From a virus (Duplodnaviria > Caudoviricetes), in the IMG/VR virus record IMGVR_UViG_3300044832_000059, positions 1 through 55,819 of that record: a stretch of DNA of 55,819 bases. The stretch is one strand, 5' to 3'. Both the position numbers and the translations under genes were made by a program. The notes beneath the pieces were generated by a model. That model searched no databases and had not been told where the DNA came from. It worked only from the letters and a program-made list of their open reading frames with translations. Of this stretch, positions 8,468 to 18,137 are shown piece by piece (the first letter of the stretch is position 1; the number at the start of each line of letters is the position of its first letter).

Positions 8468-8933
8468 TTGGTAAGCCTACTTGCTTGCGTGTCCAATTAT
8501 AAAATATTCGTCCAGTTCTTCCATTCCCATCAAAGAACGGATGAATGTACTCATAAGCAATATGCTGATCTCGTATCATATCTGCCAGATCTATCTCATT
8601 AATCTTCTTTGTATTCCCTTCAACAATCGTTTCATTAATCGTACCAATTAACTCCTCAAGTGCTGGCTTAATCTTCCAATGATTTATCCCCTCTCGTCCC
8701 CCAATCCATACAGGGCCAGTTCTAAACCTCCCTTTCCATGAATCATCACAATCCCTTGTTCGCATAAGAATCTCATGCGTCTCAAGAATATTATTAAATG
8801 TTAACTTTGTGAATCTACTCAGATAATTCCATGCACGAATTGAATCATCAAGTGCCTCTTGTGACCACTCCTCCTCAATGTGATTAGACTCCTCAAGAAA
8901 GTTTGTTACCTGTAATGCGTTTGGTTCTTTCAT
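8415..8933 (-). CDS. fic: Fic/DOC family protein
   Basis: Canonical HPFFDGNGRTGR motif. Confidence 0.92.
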   Translation of the reverse strand: MKEPNALQVTNFLEESNHIEEEWSQEALDDSIRAWNYLSRFTKLTFNNILETHEILMRTRDCDDSWKGRFRTGPVWIGGREGINHWKIKPALEELIGTINETIVEGNTKKINEIDLADMIRDQHIAYEYIHPFFDGNGRTGRIFYNWTRKQVGLPIDIIKYEERSKYYAWFR

Positions 8934-9163
8934 AAATTAATTATCATATCTCGTGTATACGTGTCCCCACAACCTGTACAGGATACCCCTTCAGAGGTCA
9001 CAGGTTGCTCGTAGACGAACGTTCCACATGATTCGCATACAAAGATACCTCTTGACTCATTCCCAGGAATATTATCAAGTAATTGTTGCTGCTTTTCGAT
9101 GTAATCTTTGAGTGTCATATTATTTATACCTATCATTATACCATAAATCGTTATATATGTCAA
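8930..9163 (-). CDS. Small zinc-ribbon protein
   Basis: CESCG...CTGCG. Confidence 0.55.
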   Translation of the reverse strand: MTYITIYGIMIGINNMTLKDYIEKQQQLLDNIPGNESRGIFVCESCGTFVYEQPVTSEGVSCTGCGDTYTRDMIINL

Positions 9164-9304
9164 TATACCTGTATTTTGTTATAGAGGTAAACAGGGGAGA
9201 AACGAGAACCAAAATAATTTCTGATTTGGGTACAGGATTTTGTAGCGTTGGTCACGGATGGATTTTGGGATATCTTATTTTCAAGATTTTACTTTTTTGA
9301 GAAA

Positions 9305-9346
9305 GTAAAAAATAAAAAAAAATATAAAAAATAAAAAAAAATATAT
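9305..9346. repeat. A-rich tandem duplication (TAAAAAATAAAAAAAAATA x2)
   Basis: Directly visible; T-rich on the - strand just after the 9349 stop codon. Confidence 0.6.
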
Positions 9347-9348
9347 GA

Positions 9349-10065
9349 TTATTCAGCTTCATCAGTGCCATATCTATCAATTGGCATATTCTCAAGGACT
9401 ATTGGGTTGACCCCATTTAATTGATCCAAAGTTGACCGTCCTCCACCTCGTGTTCTGACCGTTATTCTTGCGTTTCGTAGTGCTTTGGTTGCAAAGCCTA
9501 TCATACTCACTTGCTCACGTTTTTTTGCGTATGCTCTATACAAATGCTCGCATGAAAAGCAAAACGACACAAGAATTGTATAATTTCTTATATTGTCTCG
9601 ATCATTATGTTCTGAAATGAAGTAACCTTTTACTTTTTCCTCACACCCACGACACAAAAATACTCCCAGTCTTCCATAAAAGTTATGTTTGCAAAAGGTT
9701 AGATACTTTTCAATAACAAAAAGATTTTTAGGAATAAGCAGAAGTGGCTTTTCTTCTTCTTGTTTCCAGTAATATTCACTTGGTAAATCTCCTTGTTGTA
9801 CTTTTATTTTTGTTATCTGTTCAAGGGGAATATATTGTTTTGTGTACTGAATAATGTCTGTTCTTATTTCTTCAGTTGGTAAGGTTGGATCAGCTTGCAT
9901 CGTTCGTATATTATTCGCAAGAGCTGCTCTCTCAGATGAACCACTAGTGTTAAACGTATAGTATTGGTTTAATAGATCCGTTAAATGCGGGTTTTTACGT
10001 TCTATCTGTGTCTTTATGAGGGTAAGTCTATATAAAATCATAGTATTATAGCCGTCTACATACAA
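9349..10065 (-). CDS. Hypothetical protein with CxxC...CxxC
   Basis: ORF track. Confidence 0.55.
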   Translation of the reverse strand: MYVDGYNTMILYRLTLIKTQIERKNPHLTDLLNQYYTFNTSGSSERAALANNIRTMQADPTLPTEEIRTDIIQYTKQYIPLEQITKIKVQQGDLPSEYYWKQEEEKPLLLIPKNLFVIEKYLTFCKHNFYGRLGVFLCRGCEEKVKGYFISEHNDRDNIRNYTILVSFCFSCEHLYRAYAKKREQVSMIGFATKALRNARITVRTRGGGRSTLDQLNGVNPIVLENMPIDRYGTDEAE

Positions 10066-10090
10066 GTAAACGGCTCTTGTCTTAATCAGA

Positions 10091-11224
10091 TTATCTTGCG
10101 TAGATAATCTTTCTTGTCGATTGCTTTGACACTACCTTGTCAACTGCTCGCTGTGCCTCAATACATGAGGGGCACTCTCTCTTTTTGAGATGATTGCGAC
10201 AATGAACACAAAGCTTTTTTTCTTCTTTATCAATGAGTTTTTGTTTACTCTTTGAAGAATCAAAACTAGATCCACCACCAGGAGATAGGGAAAGTACTTG
10301 TTCGCCTTCAATAACTTCTGATATGCCCCTTGCCATGTCTCTTTGACTCTCTCTATTCATCCACCAATCAAGATAATCATCTTCCTCATCTATTGAGGGA
10401 TTTTTTGATTGATGCTTGGCATAGTCTCTTTGCCACTTGTTATAGTCAGACGCATAACTTCCCACGTATGTATCAGCACTAGAATACTTTGAACTACTTG
10501 CGTAATGCTCCGAAAAGTACGGCTTTGCTTGTATCGTTACTTTACTTACTGCAATTGACCCATTCAGTGAATAAAAGCTGTACTGTATATTCTGCCCCCC
10601 GTCAACAAACTGAAAACCTCTATGGCCCCTGAGTGCCTTACGCAAGTGATCTATATCACTGGAGTAATACACTTGATTGCCTCGTATCGCATAACTAAAC
10701 ACTTGGTCATGTACTGCTACATTAAGCGTATCAAGCTCTCTTTGATCCACGTAAGGAATAGCAAATGATCCTTGTAACTCTTTAAATGCATCAAACTTAT
10801 TTTTCTTATGATTCAAGAGATATCCAATGATTTGACTATCAACCTCATACTCGACCCCAAACTTTCTCTCAAGTTCAAAGAAATTACTCAGTACCCCGTT
10901 ATGAGTGAAAAAGTAATCACCCTCTTTAAATGGATGAGCGTTCTCACTTGTTACCGCACCATGCGTTGCAAACCGTGTATGTCCCAAAATCGTTATAAAC
11001 GGTTGACGACGATATGCACAAAGTAATGTTATAAGCTTTTGATCCTTGAAAAAGGTATCAGCTTCGACAATGTTTTTATAGATAATTGCCTTACTCGGCT
11101 CTTGTCCAATAAGCGCAAGCCCTGTACTATCACGACCTCGTGACACGTTGAGTTCGCCTAACTTCTTAATGATCCCCGTTGTTTGTTTTGTTGGATTGCC
11201 TGTAAATCCGTAAATACCGCACAT
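10091..11224 (-). CDS. Class II (Ntn) glutamine amidotransferase
   Basis: MCGIYG N-terminus, SRGRDSTG, GHTRFATHG, NAHPF, HNGV, VDSQ. Confidence 0.93.
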   Translation of the reverse strand: MCGIYGFTGNPTKQTTGIIKKLGELNVSRGRDSTGLALIGQEPSKAIIYKNIVEADTFFKDQKLITLLCAYRRQPFITILGHTRFATHGAVTSENAHPFKEGDYFFTHNGVLSNFFELERKFGVEYEVDSQIIGYLLNHKKNKFDAFKELQGSFAIPYVDQRELDTLNVAVHDQVFSYAIRGNQVYYSSDIDHLRKALRGHRGFQFVDGGQNIQYSFYSLNGSIAVSKVTIQAKPYFSEHYASSSKYSSADTYVGSYASDYNKWQRDYAKHQSKNPSIDEEDDYLDWWMNRESQRDMARGISEVIEGEQVLSLSPGGGSSFDSSKSKQKLIDKEEKKLCVHCRNHLKKRECPSCIEAQRAVDKVVSKQSTRKIIYAR

Positions 11225-11262
11225 AGTAAATAATTATAGGATAGTAGTAATGCTACTTAATC

Positions 11263-11712
11263 CTATAATGTCTTTTCACCTCCTTTCATAAATTGACCCT
11301 TATTGTTTCGCTTTCTTTGCATATTATGGTATTGAGCATGACATATCTTATGAGCCTTGGATATGTTATTCTTGATATATCCTATAGCGTTATCTATTCG
11401 ATGAATAATCAATGAAAATTCTATAGGTTTGTTACAAAATAGGCACACATTTGGTAGTTTCTCAATGTCTTCTTTTGTTACTGTTACTGTTCTGTTTTTG
11501 TATGATTCAGTGTGATTGATTCTCCAATTCATATTTTTGATAATTGCACTCCCTCTTTTACTTGCACATGCTTTACATTCTGGTCGCAAGCCGTCCGAGC
11601 TTCTTTTGTCCTTGTCAAATTGATAAGCATATCGTTTCTTCTTGCAGATACTACATGCTTTCTCAAGCATAAATTCTTTACCGCAATGTATACATAAATG
11701 GTTACATTCCAT
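11263..11712 (-). CDS. HNH-type homing endonuclease-like protein
   Basis: CSICK...DGLRPECKAC N-terminal domain; CLFC...IHRIDNAIGYIKNNI...H..CH. Confidence 0.75.
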   Translation of the reverse strand: MECNHLCIHCGKEFMLEKACSICKKKRYAYQFDKDKRSSDGLRPECKACASKRGSAIIKNMNWRINHTESYKNRTVTVTKEDIEKLPNVCLFCNKPIEFSLIIHRIDNAIGYIKNNISKAHKICHAQYHNMQRKRNNKGQFMKGGEKTL

Positions 11713-11793
11713 ATAAAACCATTATACTACACTTTTTTGCTTAATAATTCCCTCTAGGCTCTCAACTAGAGGAAACTATAAACAAACAAAGTA

Positions 11794-13032
11794 TTAACTT
11801 TGTAAATTTGCATACTCAGCCTCATAAGCTCTATTGATCGTTCTATAGTCCTGTTCAGCCTTTGTATATGTCTTTTGTGCCTTTTGTATCTTTTTAATGT
11901 TCTTAATGATTTTACCGGCACTTTCTTGCTGCTTGGCTAGATGATCGAATAAGAACTTATGCACTCGACCTTTGAAATAGACCTCTTGCTTCTCAGTCAG
12001 ACCTAACATATTGCATATATTTGTGATCTTTTGGTCTGAGATCTTTTGGTCAAACAACGCAGTCACTTCACGATGATTGTAATTTTTCAAACAATAGGTG
12101 AAGAACAAAAGCATCAAGTTTACCCACTCAATGACTTTCTTGTATTGCGTTGTCCCTGCATGTAACCGTATCTCAATCGTCCCATGTTGACTCAACGCTT
12201 GCAGATTCATCGTTTGATACCTGCCATTGTTTGTCGAACTTAATTGGTTGATAAGATTCTGTTTACCTCTCAAGAGCTTTCTTCCATTCTTTTGGTCATG
12301 AACATATTGCGAAAGATATCTTTTACAATACGTATTGTTAAATCTTGACCGTGGTTGCGTCGCAAGAAGAAAGTCTTCTATCGCACTCCACGTTAAAATA
12401 ATCCTATTCATGATAAGAGGCGTGAAAAAGCGTTTATTACTCACATGTAAATGAAACCCACATGATGTATTGATATAGACATCGTTGTCAGCAAATGCAT
12501 CACATAGTTTTTTCGTTTCCGCTTTTAGCTCTGTATACGTAAAAGGTCTTTCACCCTTGAACTCTACCCCTTCTGTGTCACTGTCAGTCTCAATTGACCC
12601 GTCACTGTCCCATTCAAATGGTAAGTTACTTACCGCACCCCGTAAATCATCCTCCTGCTCATCAGGTACTAAAGTCTCTAGCTCTATGCCTAACTTAAAG
12701 GATTTATAAGGAATTTTAGGAAGCTCACGTTGTTTAATAATAAAAGGTTTTTTTGTAATACTACTCACCCCCTTTAGTACTTCTGTTTTGTTAGTTTCAA
12801 CGTACGGGGATAACATGCAGTCAGACCATGACCACCTGCTTTGTGATTCGATTTCAATGCTTATCTCATATGAAGAACTATTGATTCTAATTATTGTCGC
12901 ATATCTGCCTATGAGGCTTTCCATGTCTCTATTAGTAGAGCAACAATTTTCTGTTCTTTCCCCATTAGCTCTATAACAATAGCCTGGTGGGTGTGTTTTT
13001 ATAATGACTCTATCGCCTATTTTGTAATTCAT
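11794..13032 (-). CDS. Putative amidoligase (COOH-NH2 ligase, Amidoligase_2-like)
   Basis: LGIELE, DSDGSI, GVEF, NTSCGFHLHVS, RY..MNL, GTIEIRLHAGT. Confidence 0.88.
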   Translation of the reverse strand: MNYKIGDRVIIKTHPPGYCYRANGERTENCCSTNRDMESLIGRYATIIRINSSSYEISIEIESQSRWSWSDCMLSPYVETNKTEVLKGVSSITKKPFIIKQRELPKIPYKSFKLGIELETLVPDEQEDDLRGAVSNLPFEWDSDGSIETDSDTEGVEFKGERPFTYTELKAETKKLCDAFADNDVYINTSCGFHLHVSNKRFFTPLIMNRIILTWSAIEDFLLATQPRSRFNNTYCKRYLSQYVHDQKNGRKLLRGKQNLINQLSSTNNGRYQTMNLQALSQHGTIEIRLHAGTTQYKKVIEWVNLMLLFFTYCLKNYNHREVTALFDQKISDQKITNICNMLGLTEKQEVYFKGRVHKFLFDHLAKQQESAGKIIKNIKKIQKAQKTYTKAEQDYRTINRAYEAEYANLQS

Positions 13033-13055
13033 ATATTTATACTCACAATCTTTAC

Positions 13056-13415
13056 TTAATTAACTGAGAAGTCTAAGCATTATTACTTAGACAATAGTTG
13101 CTTTCGCAACTGAGATATTCTTATGTATTGATTAAATGTTGTAATATCTTTTCGCTCTACCCCTCGGGGCATCTTGCGATAACTTGCCTTATCAATCCCC
13201 AAATTGCACACTCTTTGTTTTGGTACAAAGCTCAATTCTTTCATGATAAAACGCTGTTAGATTTACTTGTATAAACTATCTAATGCAATACATAAGAATG
13301 TATTTTCAGTGATTAATTCTTTGTTATGGGCAGCGTCGTTTACAATGCTATAAATAATAATAAGCTCTTGATAAACATGTATAACAAAATTGTTATCACT
13401 CTCTCAGTTGTTAGT
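13056..13415. ncRNA. Candidate large structured non-coding element (nested inverted repeats)
   Basis: ATTCTTATGTATTG (~13117) / CAATACATAAGAAT (~13286) form a perfect 14-bp stem within a longer imperfect arm. AACTGAGA/TCTCAGTT is the outer stem, and there are several internal hairpins. Confidence 0.45.
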
Positions 13416-13442
13416 ACCATTAGTTACTTGTGTAACTATGCC

Positions 13443-13673
13443 CTAGTCACTCACAATACGTTTTGTTGTTTTGTGAGTTACTTTTTTATCTCTCAAATCG
13501 GTATAGATCTCTTTATATGCACTTGAGTAATCATCTATTATGTTTTTAACCGCATAGATAAGAAATGCTATCACTGTCATTACCCCTGCAAAGTATATGA
13601 GTATCATCATAATTATTGTATTGTCTGTCATATTATTTATTGTTTTCTTTCTCTTTTCGTATACGTTCATCAA
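13443..13673 (-). CDS. Small membrane protein
   Basis: One hydrophobic helix. Confidence 0.5.
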   Translation of the reverse strand: MMNVYEKRKKTINNMTDNTIIMMILIYFAGVMTVIAFLIYAVKNIIDDYSSAYKEIYTDLRDKKVTHKTTKRIVSD

Positions 13674-13916
13674 GTGCTTGATTATTTAGTTCATCAAAGA
13701 TATACGCTCCAAGGCATAGCAGTAACACAAGAACAATGAGTACTTGCGCTATCCAATTGCCCATAAGTGCTAAAATTATTACGATAATAAAAATTAATAA
13801 AAACATAGTTATCTTATCAATCCTCTCTTATCTGCTACTTGCAGCATCTTTCCTAACGTCCCGAACGTAAGCTCAAACAGTATCTCAATGATTGTCATGC
13901 GTAATGTATTCATAGT

Positions 13917-14240
13917 TTAATAATCAGCTATAATAAATCTCTCTGTCTCTTTTATCTTAATAACCGTCGTTTTATCCTCTAGCTCTTCCATTGTCTTAAT
14001 ATCCCAGTAAACACCTTGTAACTCTTCAAAAGAATCATACTCAGTGTATTCAGTACAAAGCGCAACCGTATCAAGCTCTATCGTCGTGTCGCAATCTGCT
14101 TCGTACTGCTCCAAGTAATCAAACAACGCTCTCTTACCCTCATCACTGAAATAAGTATCATATTGCTCTGAAAAGCTACTCATAAAATCTGTAAATGTCA
14201 CTGTCTGTGTCATATTATTTATTATTATGTCTATCCTCAA
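13917..14240 (-). CDS. Acidic hypothetical phage protein (probable start MTQTV)
   Basis: FS..G..ALFDYLE...IELD.VALC.EY.EY pattern typical of phage early proteins. Confidence 0.65.
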   Translation of the reverse strand: MRIDIIINNMTQTVTFTDFMSSFSEQYDTYFSDEGKRALFDYLEQYEADCDTTIELDTVALCTEYTEYDSFEELQGVYWDIKTMEELEDKTTVIKIKETERFIIADY

Positions 14241-14571
14241 TCTTGATTAAATAGTCCACCCCTCTTTGTGGTATATGTATCTGCTTGTTTATTGTCATTG
14301 CGTAAAAAGTATCTATCTCTTTATCGCTATAGTCTTCTTTCAACTCGCCATTGTCAGTGCAAGGTATCTGGTAATAAGTTTCACATAACTCTTTAGCACT
14401 TGCCTTGTGCGTTGTCATTGTTAAAACTAACAACCCTATCAAAGGTATAATAGTTATTGTTAAAATAATCTTGTTCGTGTTCTTCATATTATTAGCATCC
14501 CTTATTGTCTTTTCGCATTTCTTGCAAGTTGTAAATAGTGTGTTGTTCATATAGTTATCGTTAAGCGTCAA
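14215..14571 (-). CDS. Hypothetical protein with signal/TM segment
   Basis: ORF track. Confidence 0.5.
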   Translation of the reverse strand: MTLNDNYMNNTLFTTCKKCEKTIRDANNMKNTNKIILTITIIPLIGLLVLTMTTHKASAKELCETYYQIPCTDNGELKEDYSDKEIDTFYAMTINKQIHIPQRGVDYLIKIEDRHNNK

Positions 14572-15153
14572 TCACTTAATCTAATTAGTATTATACTACA
14601 TACATATCAATATGTCAATAGATAGATATATCAATAGATAATAGTATACAAAAGATCTAAAAGAGAGGGAGGGGAAGGGAAAGAGTAACTGTAGATGTAG
14701 GACGTAACAGAACATACAAGAGAGAGGATAGACTCAAATGAACTATAACTATATTTTTGTTTATATATAGGTAGTCGTGCCTAGCTTCTCTTGTCTTGAG
14801 GCTAGACGTGTCGTATAAGGTATATTGTGCGACGTAAGATATTGAGCCAATACAATGCGATATAAGGTACATGAAATAAGATCAATGTATAAATCATCAT
14901 CTTATTATCTTTCTCTTGTTATAGAGCATCTCATGACATCAGTGAGGCTGTACACCCACCCCAATGAAGGAGTCCCATCGACTTGAGCGTTACTTCTACT
15001 GCCTCTAAAGGTGAAAAAAAATCATAAGTAATCCTTAAACTATTCAAATTTTCTACAGTATTTGAACTTGTTAATCCTTAGATTAATTCAATTTTATTTA
15101 CTATTTGAACTTACCGTATTGCCTTAAGTAAGGGAGTATTGTAAGATGGTTGT

Positions 15154-15489
15154 ATGGTTAAAACAACATTAGTATTAACAGATGAAATCTATGAACAGCT
15201 TCGGAAGGAGTCATTTGAGTCTAGAAAGAGTTACAGTACCATTGTGTGTGATGCCTTACATACGGTATTACATAAGCCCGTAAGTACGGTAGACCGTAAG
15301 GATGTAGGCATGAGTGATAATCATGAAGAGCATATTGCCGTACATAAGGATAACCATAAGACCGTAACTACGGTACAGGGTGATAACATAATGGATAAGC
15401 TTAAGAAGTTACAAGAGAAGAAGAAAGATACTGTGCTTAAGAGTTTCATTCATCCTAGTGGTGAGATGGATGTTGATAATTACGTATAG
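15154..15489 (+). CDS. Ribbon-helix-helix (CopG/Arc-like) DNA-binding protein
   Basis: MVKTTLVLTDEIYEQLRKESFESRKSYSTIVCDAL fits the RHH pattern. Confidence 0.65.
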   Translation: MVKTTLVLTDEIYEQLRKESFESRKSYSTIVCDALHTVLHKPVSTVDRKDVGMSDNHEEHIAVHKDNHKTVTTVQGDNIMDKLKKLQEKKKDTVLKSFIHPSGEMDVDNYV

Positions 15490-15520
15490 CCCCCCCTATG
15501 AGAGAGGTTATTGGGTCCCA

Positions 15521-15549
15521 TTGACATAAAAACGGTTTTGTTTTATCGT
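15521..15549 (+). promoter_or_regulatory. Sigma70-like promoter upstream of packaging genes
   Basis: TTGACA, N17, TATCGT. Confidence 0.5.
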
Positions 15550-15607
15550 TACAGTAAGATTTATCTTCGCAAAAGAGGTAAGTCCTATTTATACTCACAT
15601 GTAAATG

Positions 15608-15645
15608 AAAAGACCTAGAGTTGTAAAAGGCTCTGGGTCTTTTTT
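15608..15645 (+). terminator. Intrinsic terminator hairpin before terS
   Basis: AAAGACCTAGAGT...GCTCTGGGTCTTT plus T run. Confidence 0.65.
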
Positions 15646-15660
15646 ATTGGGGGAGAAGGC

Positions 15661-16392
15661 TTGACTTACGAGGCATTCTTTTTTATACATAGGGGTATGA
15701 TATCGAATGATACGCCAGATCCAGATTACTTTGCTTTAGTACAAGAGGGGATGAAGCCGAAGGGTTCAACGCTTCCGCATTCTGCTGATTGGAAAGGGTA
15801 TGGGACGGGTCCCATGCATCCTGATGATCTAAAGGCAAGGCAGAAGAGGTTAGATGATGAGAATAAGATAACGCATATGGAGCACGTTGAGCAGGGGAAG
15901 AAGTTGTATACGCTTAATCCAGTAGAGGCGGAGGATTACCAGTATCGGTTTAAGAGTGGTGCAAATGGGAGACGGAGAAAGTTAACGAAAAAGCAGATGG
16001 GTATGGCGAAGTATATGCTTGAGGGGTATACAAGGAGACAGGCAATGTTAAAGGCTGGGTATTCTCAGCATGTAGCAGATAAATCAGTTCTATCACAGCA
16101 GAAGACGGTACTCAGTTTCTTTGAAGGGGTGAGGGGTCGGTTTTCAAAGCTTGGTATTAATGAGGACTTTATGGCTGAGAAGATGGCAGAGTGGTTGAAT
16201 GCTGACAAGACGATTGTTACCAAGAATGGTGAGGTGAGTGTTCCTGATTATAAGACGCAGATTGAGGCATATGACAGATTTAGTAAGTTAATTGATCCAG
16301 TGAAGACTGATAAGGGTAAGAAGAGGGAGATAAAACTTACTGAGTGGATATCTGGCGAGAAGGAGGAGAAAGAGGAGGAGCAACAGAGTTAG
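15661..16392 (+). CDS. terS: Terminase small subunit-like protein (start probably ATG 15697)
   Basis: KLTKKQ...G.TRRQAMLKAGYS HTH pattern and VPDYKTQ motif; directly upstream of terL. Confidence 0.72.
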   Translation: MTYEAFFFIHRGMISNDTPDPDYFALVQEGMKPKGSTLPHSADWKGYGTGPMHPDDLKARQKRLDDENKITHMEHVEQGKKLYTLNPVEAEDYQYRFKSGANGRRRKLTKKQMGMAKYMLEGYTRRQAMLKAGYSQHVADKSVLSQQKTVLSFFEGVRGRFSKLGINEDFMAEKMAEWLNADKTIVTKNGEVSVPDYKTQIEAYDRFSKLIDPVKTDKGKKREIKLTEWISGEKEEKEEEQQS

Positions 16393-16396
16393 ACGA

Positions 16397-16470
16397 TCTT
16401 GGGTCGTCTAAAGGTAGGACGTTGGGTTTTGGCCCCAATAATTAAGGTTCGACTCCTTACCCAAGAACCA
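16397..16470 (+). tRNA. trnQ: tRNA-Gln(TTG) with encoded CCA
   Basis: Acceptor TCTTGGG/CCCAAGA, anticodon stem TTGGG/CCCAA with loop TTTTGGC, T arm TAAGG-TTCGACT-CCTTA, 3' ACCA. Confidence 0.93.
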
Positions 16471-16472
16471 TT

Positions 16473-18137
16473 ATGATTGATTATGATTTTACGAAGAAAG
16501 GTATTGAGAAATTATTCTTTGTTACTGATAAAAACGGTAAGACAATGCCGTTTAAGCTTAATGGGACACAGGACCGTCTTCTTAAAGAGTTAAGTGGTGA
16601 GGATTTGGTTCTGAAGTCACGGCAGCAGGGTATATCCACGCTTTTCCTCGCATATATGACGCTTCTCTTCCTCACAACGCCTAATATTAAGTGTGTTGTT
16701 ATTGCTCATGAGGCAGGGGTGACACAGCGACTCTTTGATCGGGTAAAGGGGTTTCTTGATTCAGTCAAACATAACTATCCAGGGCAGGTTCCGTATGAAC
16801 TTAAGTACAATTCAAGACGTGAGTTAGTTAATATTAAGAATAATGCCACCTTTTATATTGGTACAGCAGGGCAGAGGTCATTTGGACACGGGGATACTAT
16901 TAATATACTGCACATATCAGAGTTCTCTCGGTATCCAAATCCAGAGACCATGCTTTCAGGACTGTTGCAAGCAGTTCCGAAAGGTGGTCAGACGTTTATT
17001 GAGAGTACAGCGAACGGGTATAACTACTTTTACCGTTTATGGGAGAATACAAAGAATCGAAAGACCTCATATACGAATCATTTCCTTCCATGGTTTGAGA
17101 CTGTTGAATATGCATTGCCGATTCCTTCAGGGTTTGAGTTAACGGAAGAAGAACTTGAGGTCCTCAATAAGTATCATTTGTCTAAGGAGCAAATGGTATG
17201 GAGACGATGGAAGATTGAACAGTTAAATGGGGATCTTGATAACTTTAATGAATCATTTCCTGCAACAGCAGCAGAAGCCTTCATCTCTAGTGGAAATAAT
17301 GTCTGGAGTAATACACTTCTCTCCTCATATATGCTGCATACCCAGAAGCCACTCGGGGTAGGTAATATTATTGGCTATAATCCTTTGACTTTCGTTGAGA
17401 ATGAGAAGGGGTATTTGAAACTCTTTAAAGAACCAGAGGAGTTTCATAACTATGTTATTGGTGCAGACGTTTCAGAAGGGAAGATTGTTGCGGAAGGGGA
17501 CAGTGAACATGAAACAGACTATTCATGTGCTCAAGTAATTGATCGTAATACATATGAGCAGGTTGCAGTATGGCATGGAAGAATCGATCCTGACCAATTT
17601 GGGAGGCAAGTTGAATCACTCGGGAGATATTATAATGATGCACTCATTGCAGTTGAACGTAATGCAGTGGGACTTACCCCTCTTATTATTCTACGGGACT
17701 TGAACTATCCTAATCTTTATTATCGAGAAATCTATGGACAGATATCTGAGAAACGTACTCCAGAGTTGGGATGGACAACTGATCGACATACAAAAGAACT
17801 TATTATTAATGAAGGAACACAATTACTCCGTGAACATCGGGTGACAATCTATGATGAAGATACAATTGATGAGATGATGTCGTTTGTCAGACAAGCAAAT
17901 GGGTCTGCTTCTGCTGCGAGTGGTGCTCATGATGATCGAGTGATGAGTTACTTGATTGCTCTTAAGATGCTTACGCAAGCAATGCCGACGATTAGAGGTA
18001 ATCCCATTGAACGATCCGATGCAGAACAAGAAGGGAATATCTTCTATATGAATGGTGTGCCGTTTAATCAGTATGGACAGCCAATTGATCCTGACTCAGC
18101 GTATGGGGAGTCTGAGGGGGGAGGGTTTGAGTTCTAA
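16473..18137 (+). CDS. terL: Terminase large subunit
   Basis: LKSRQQGIST Walker A, LHISEFS Walker B, FIESTANG, IGADVSEG and HDDRVM nuclease motifs. Confidence 0.96.
   Translation: MIDYDFTKKGIEKLFFVTDKNGKTMPFKLNGTQDRLLKELSGEDLVLKSRQQGISTLFLAYMTLLFLTTPNIKCVVIAHEAGVTQRLFDRVKGFLDSVKHNYPGQVPYELKYNSRRELVNIKNNATFYIGTAGQRSFGHGDTINILHISEFSRYPNPETMLSGLLQAVPKGGQTFIESTANGYNYFYRLWENTKNRKTSYTNHFLPWFETVEYALPIPSGFELTEEELEVLNKYHLSKEQMVWRRWKIEQLNGDLDNFNESFPATAAEAFISSGNNVWSNTLLSSYMLHTQKPLGVGNIIGYNPLTFVENEKGYLKLFKEPEEFHNYVIGADVSEGKIVAEGDSEHETDYSCAQVIDRNTYEQVAVWHGRIDPDQFGRQVESLGRYYNDALIAVERNAVGLTPLIILRDLNYPNLYYREIYGQISEKRTPELGWTTDRHTKELIINEGTQLLREHRVTIYDEDTIDEMMSFVRQANGSASAASGAHDDRVMSYLIALKMLTQAMPTIRGNPIERSDAEQEGNIFYMNGVPFNQYGQPIDPDSAYGESEGGGFEF

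Noticed and set aside
11360-11390. Gapped self-match (15/18 positions) to the first unit of array D
   Set aside because: The unit is very AT-rich, and a match of this quality is roughly expected by chance in a genome of this size.
13060-13115. Hammerhead-like CTGAGAA-stem-AATA
   Set aside because: The core deviates from CUGANGA/GAAA at essential positions.
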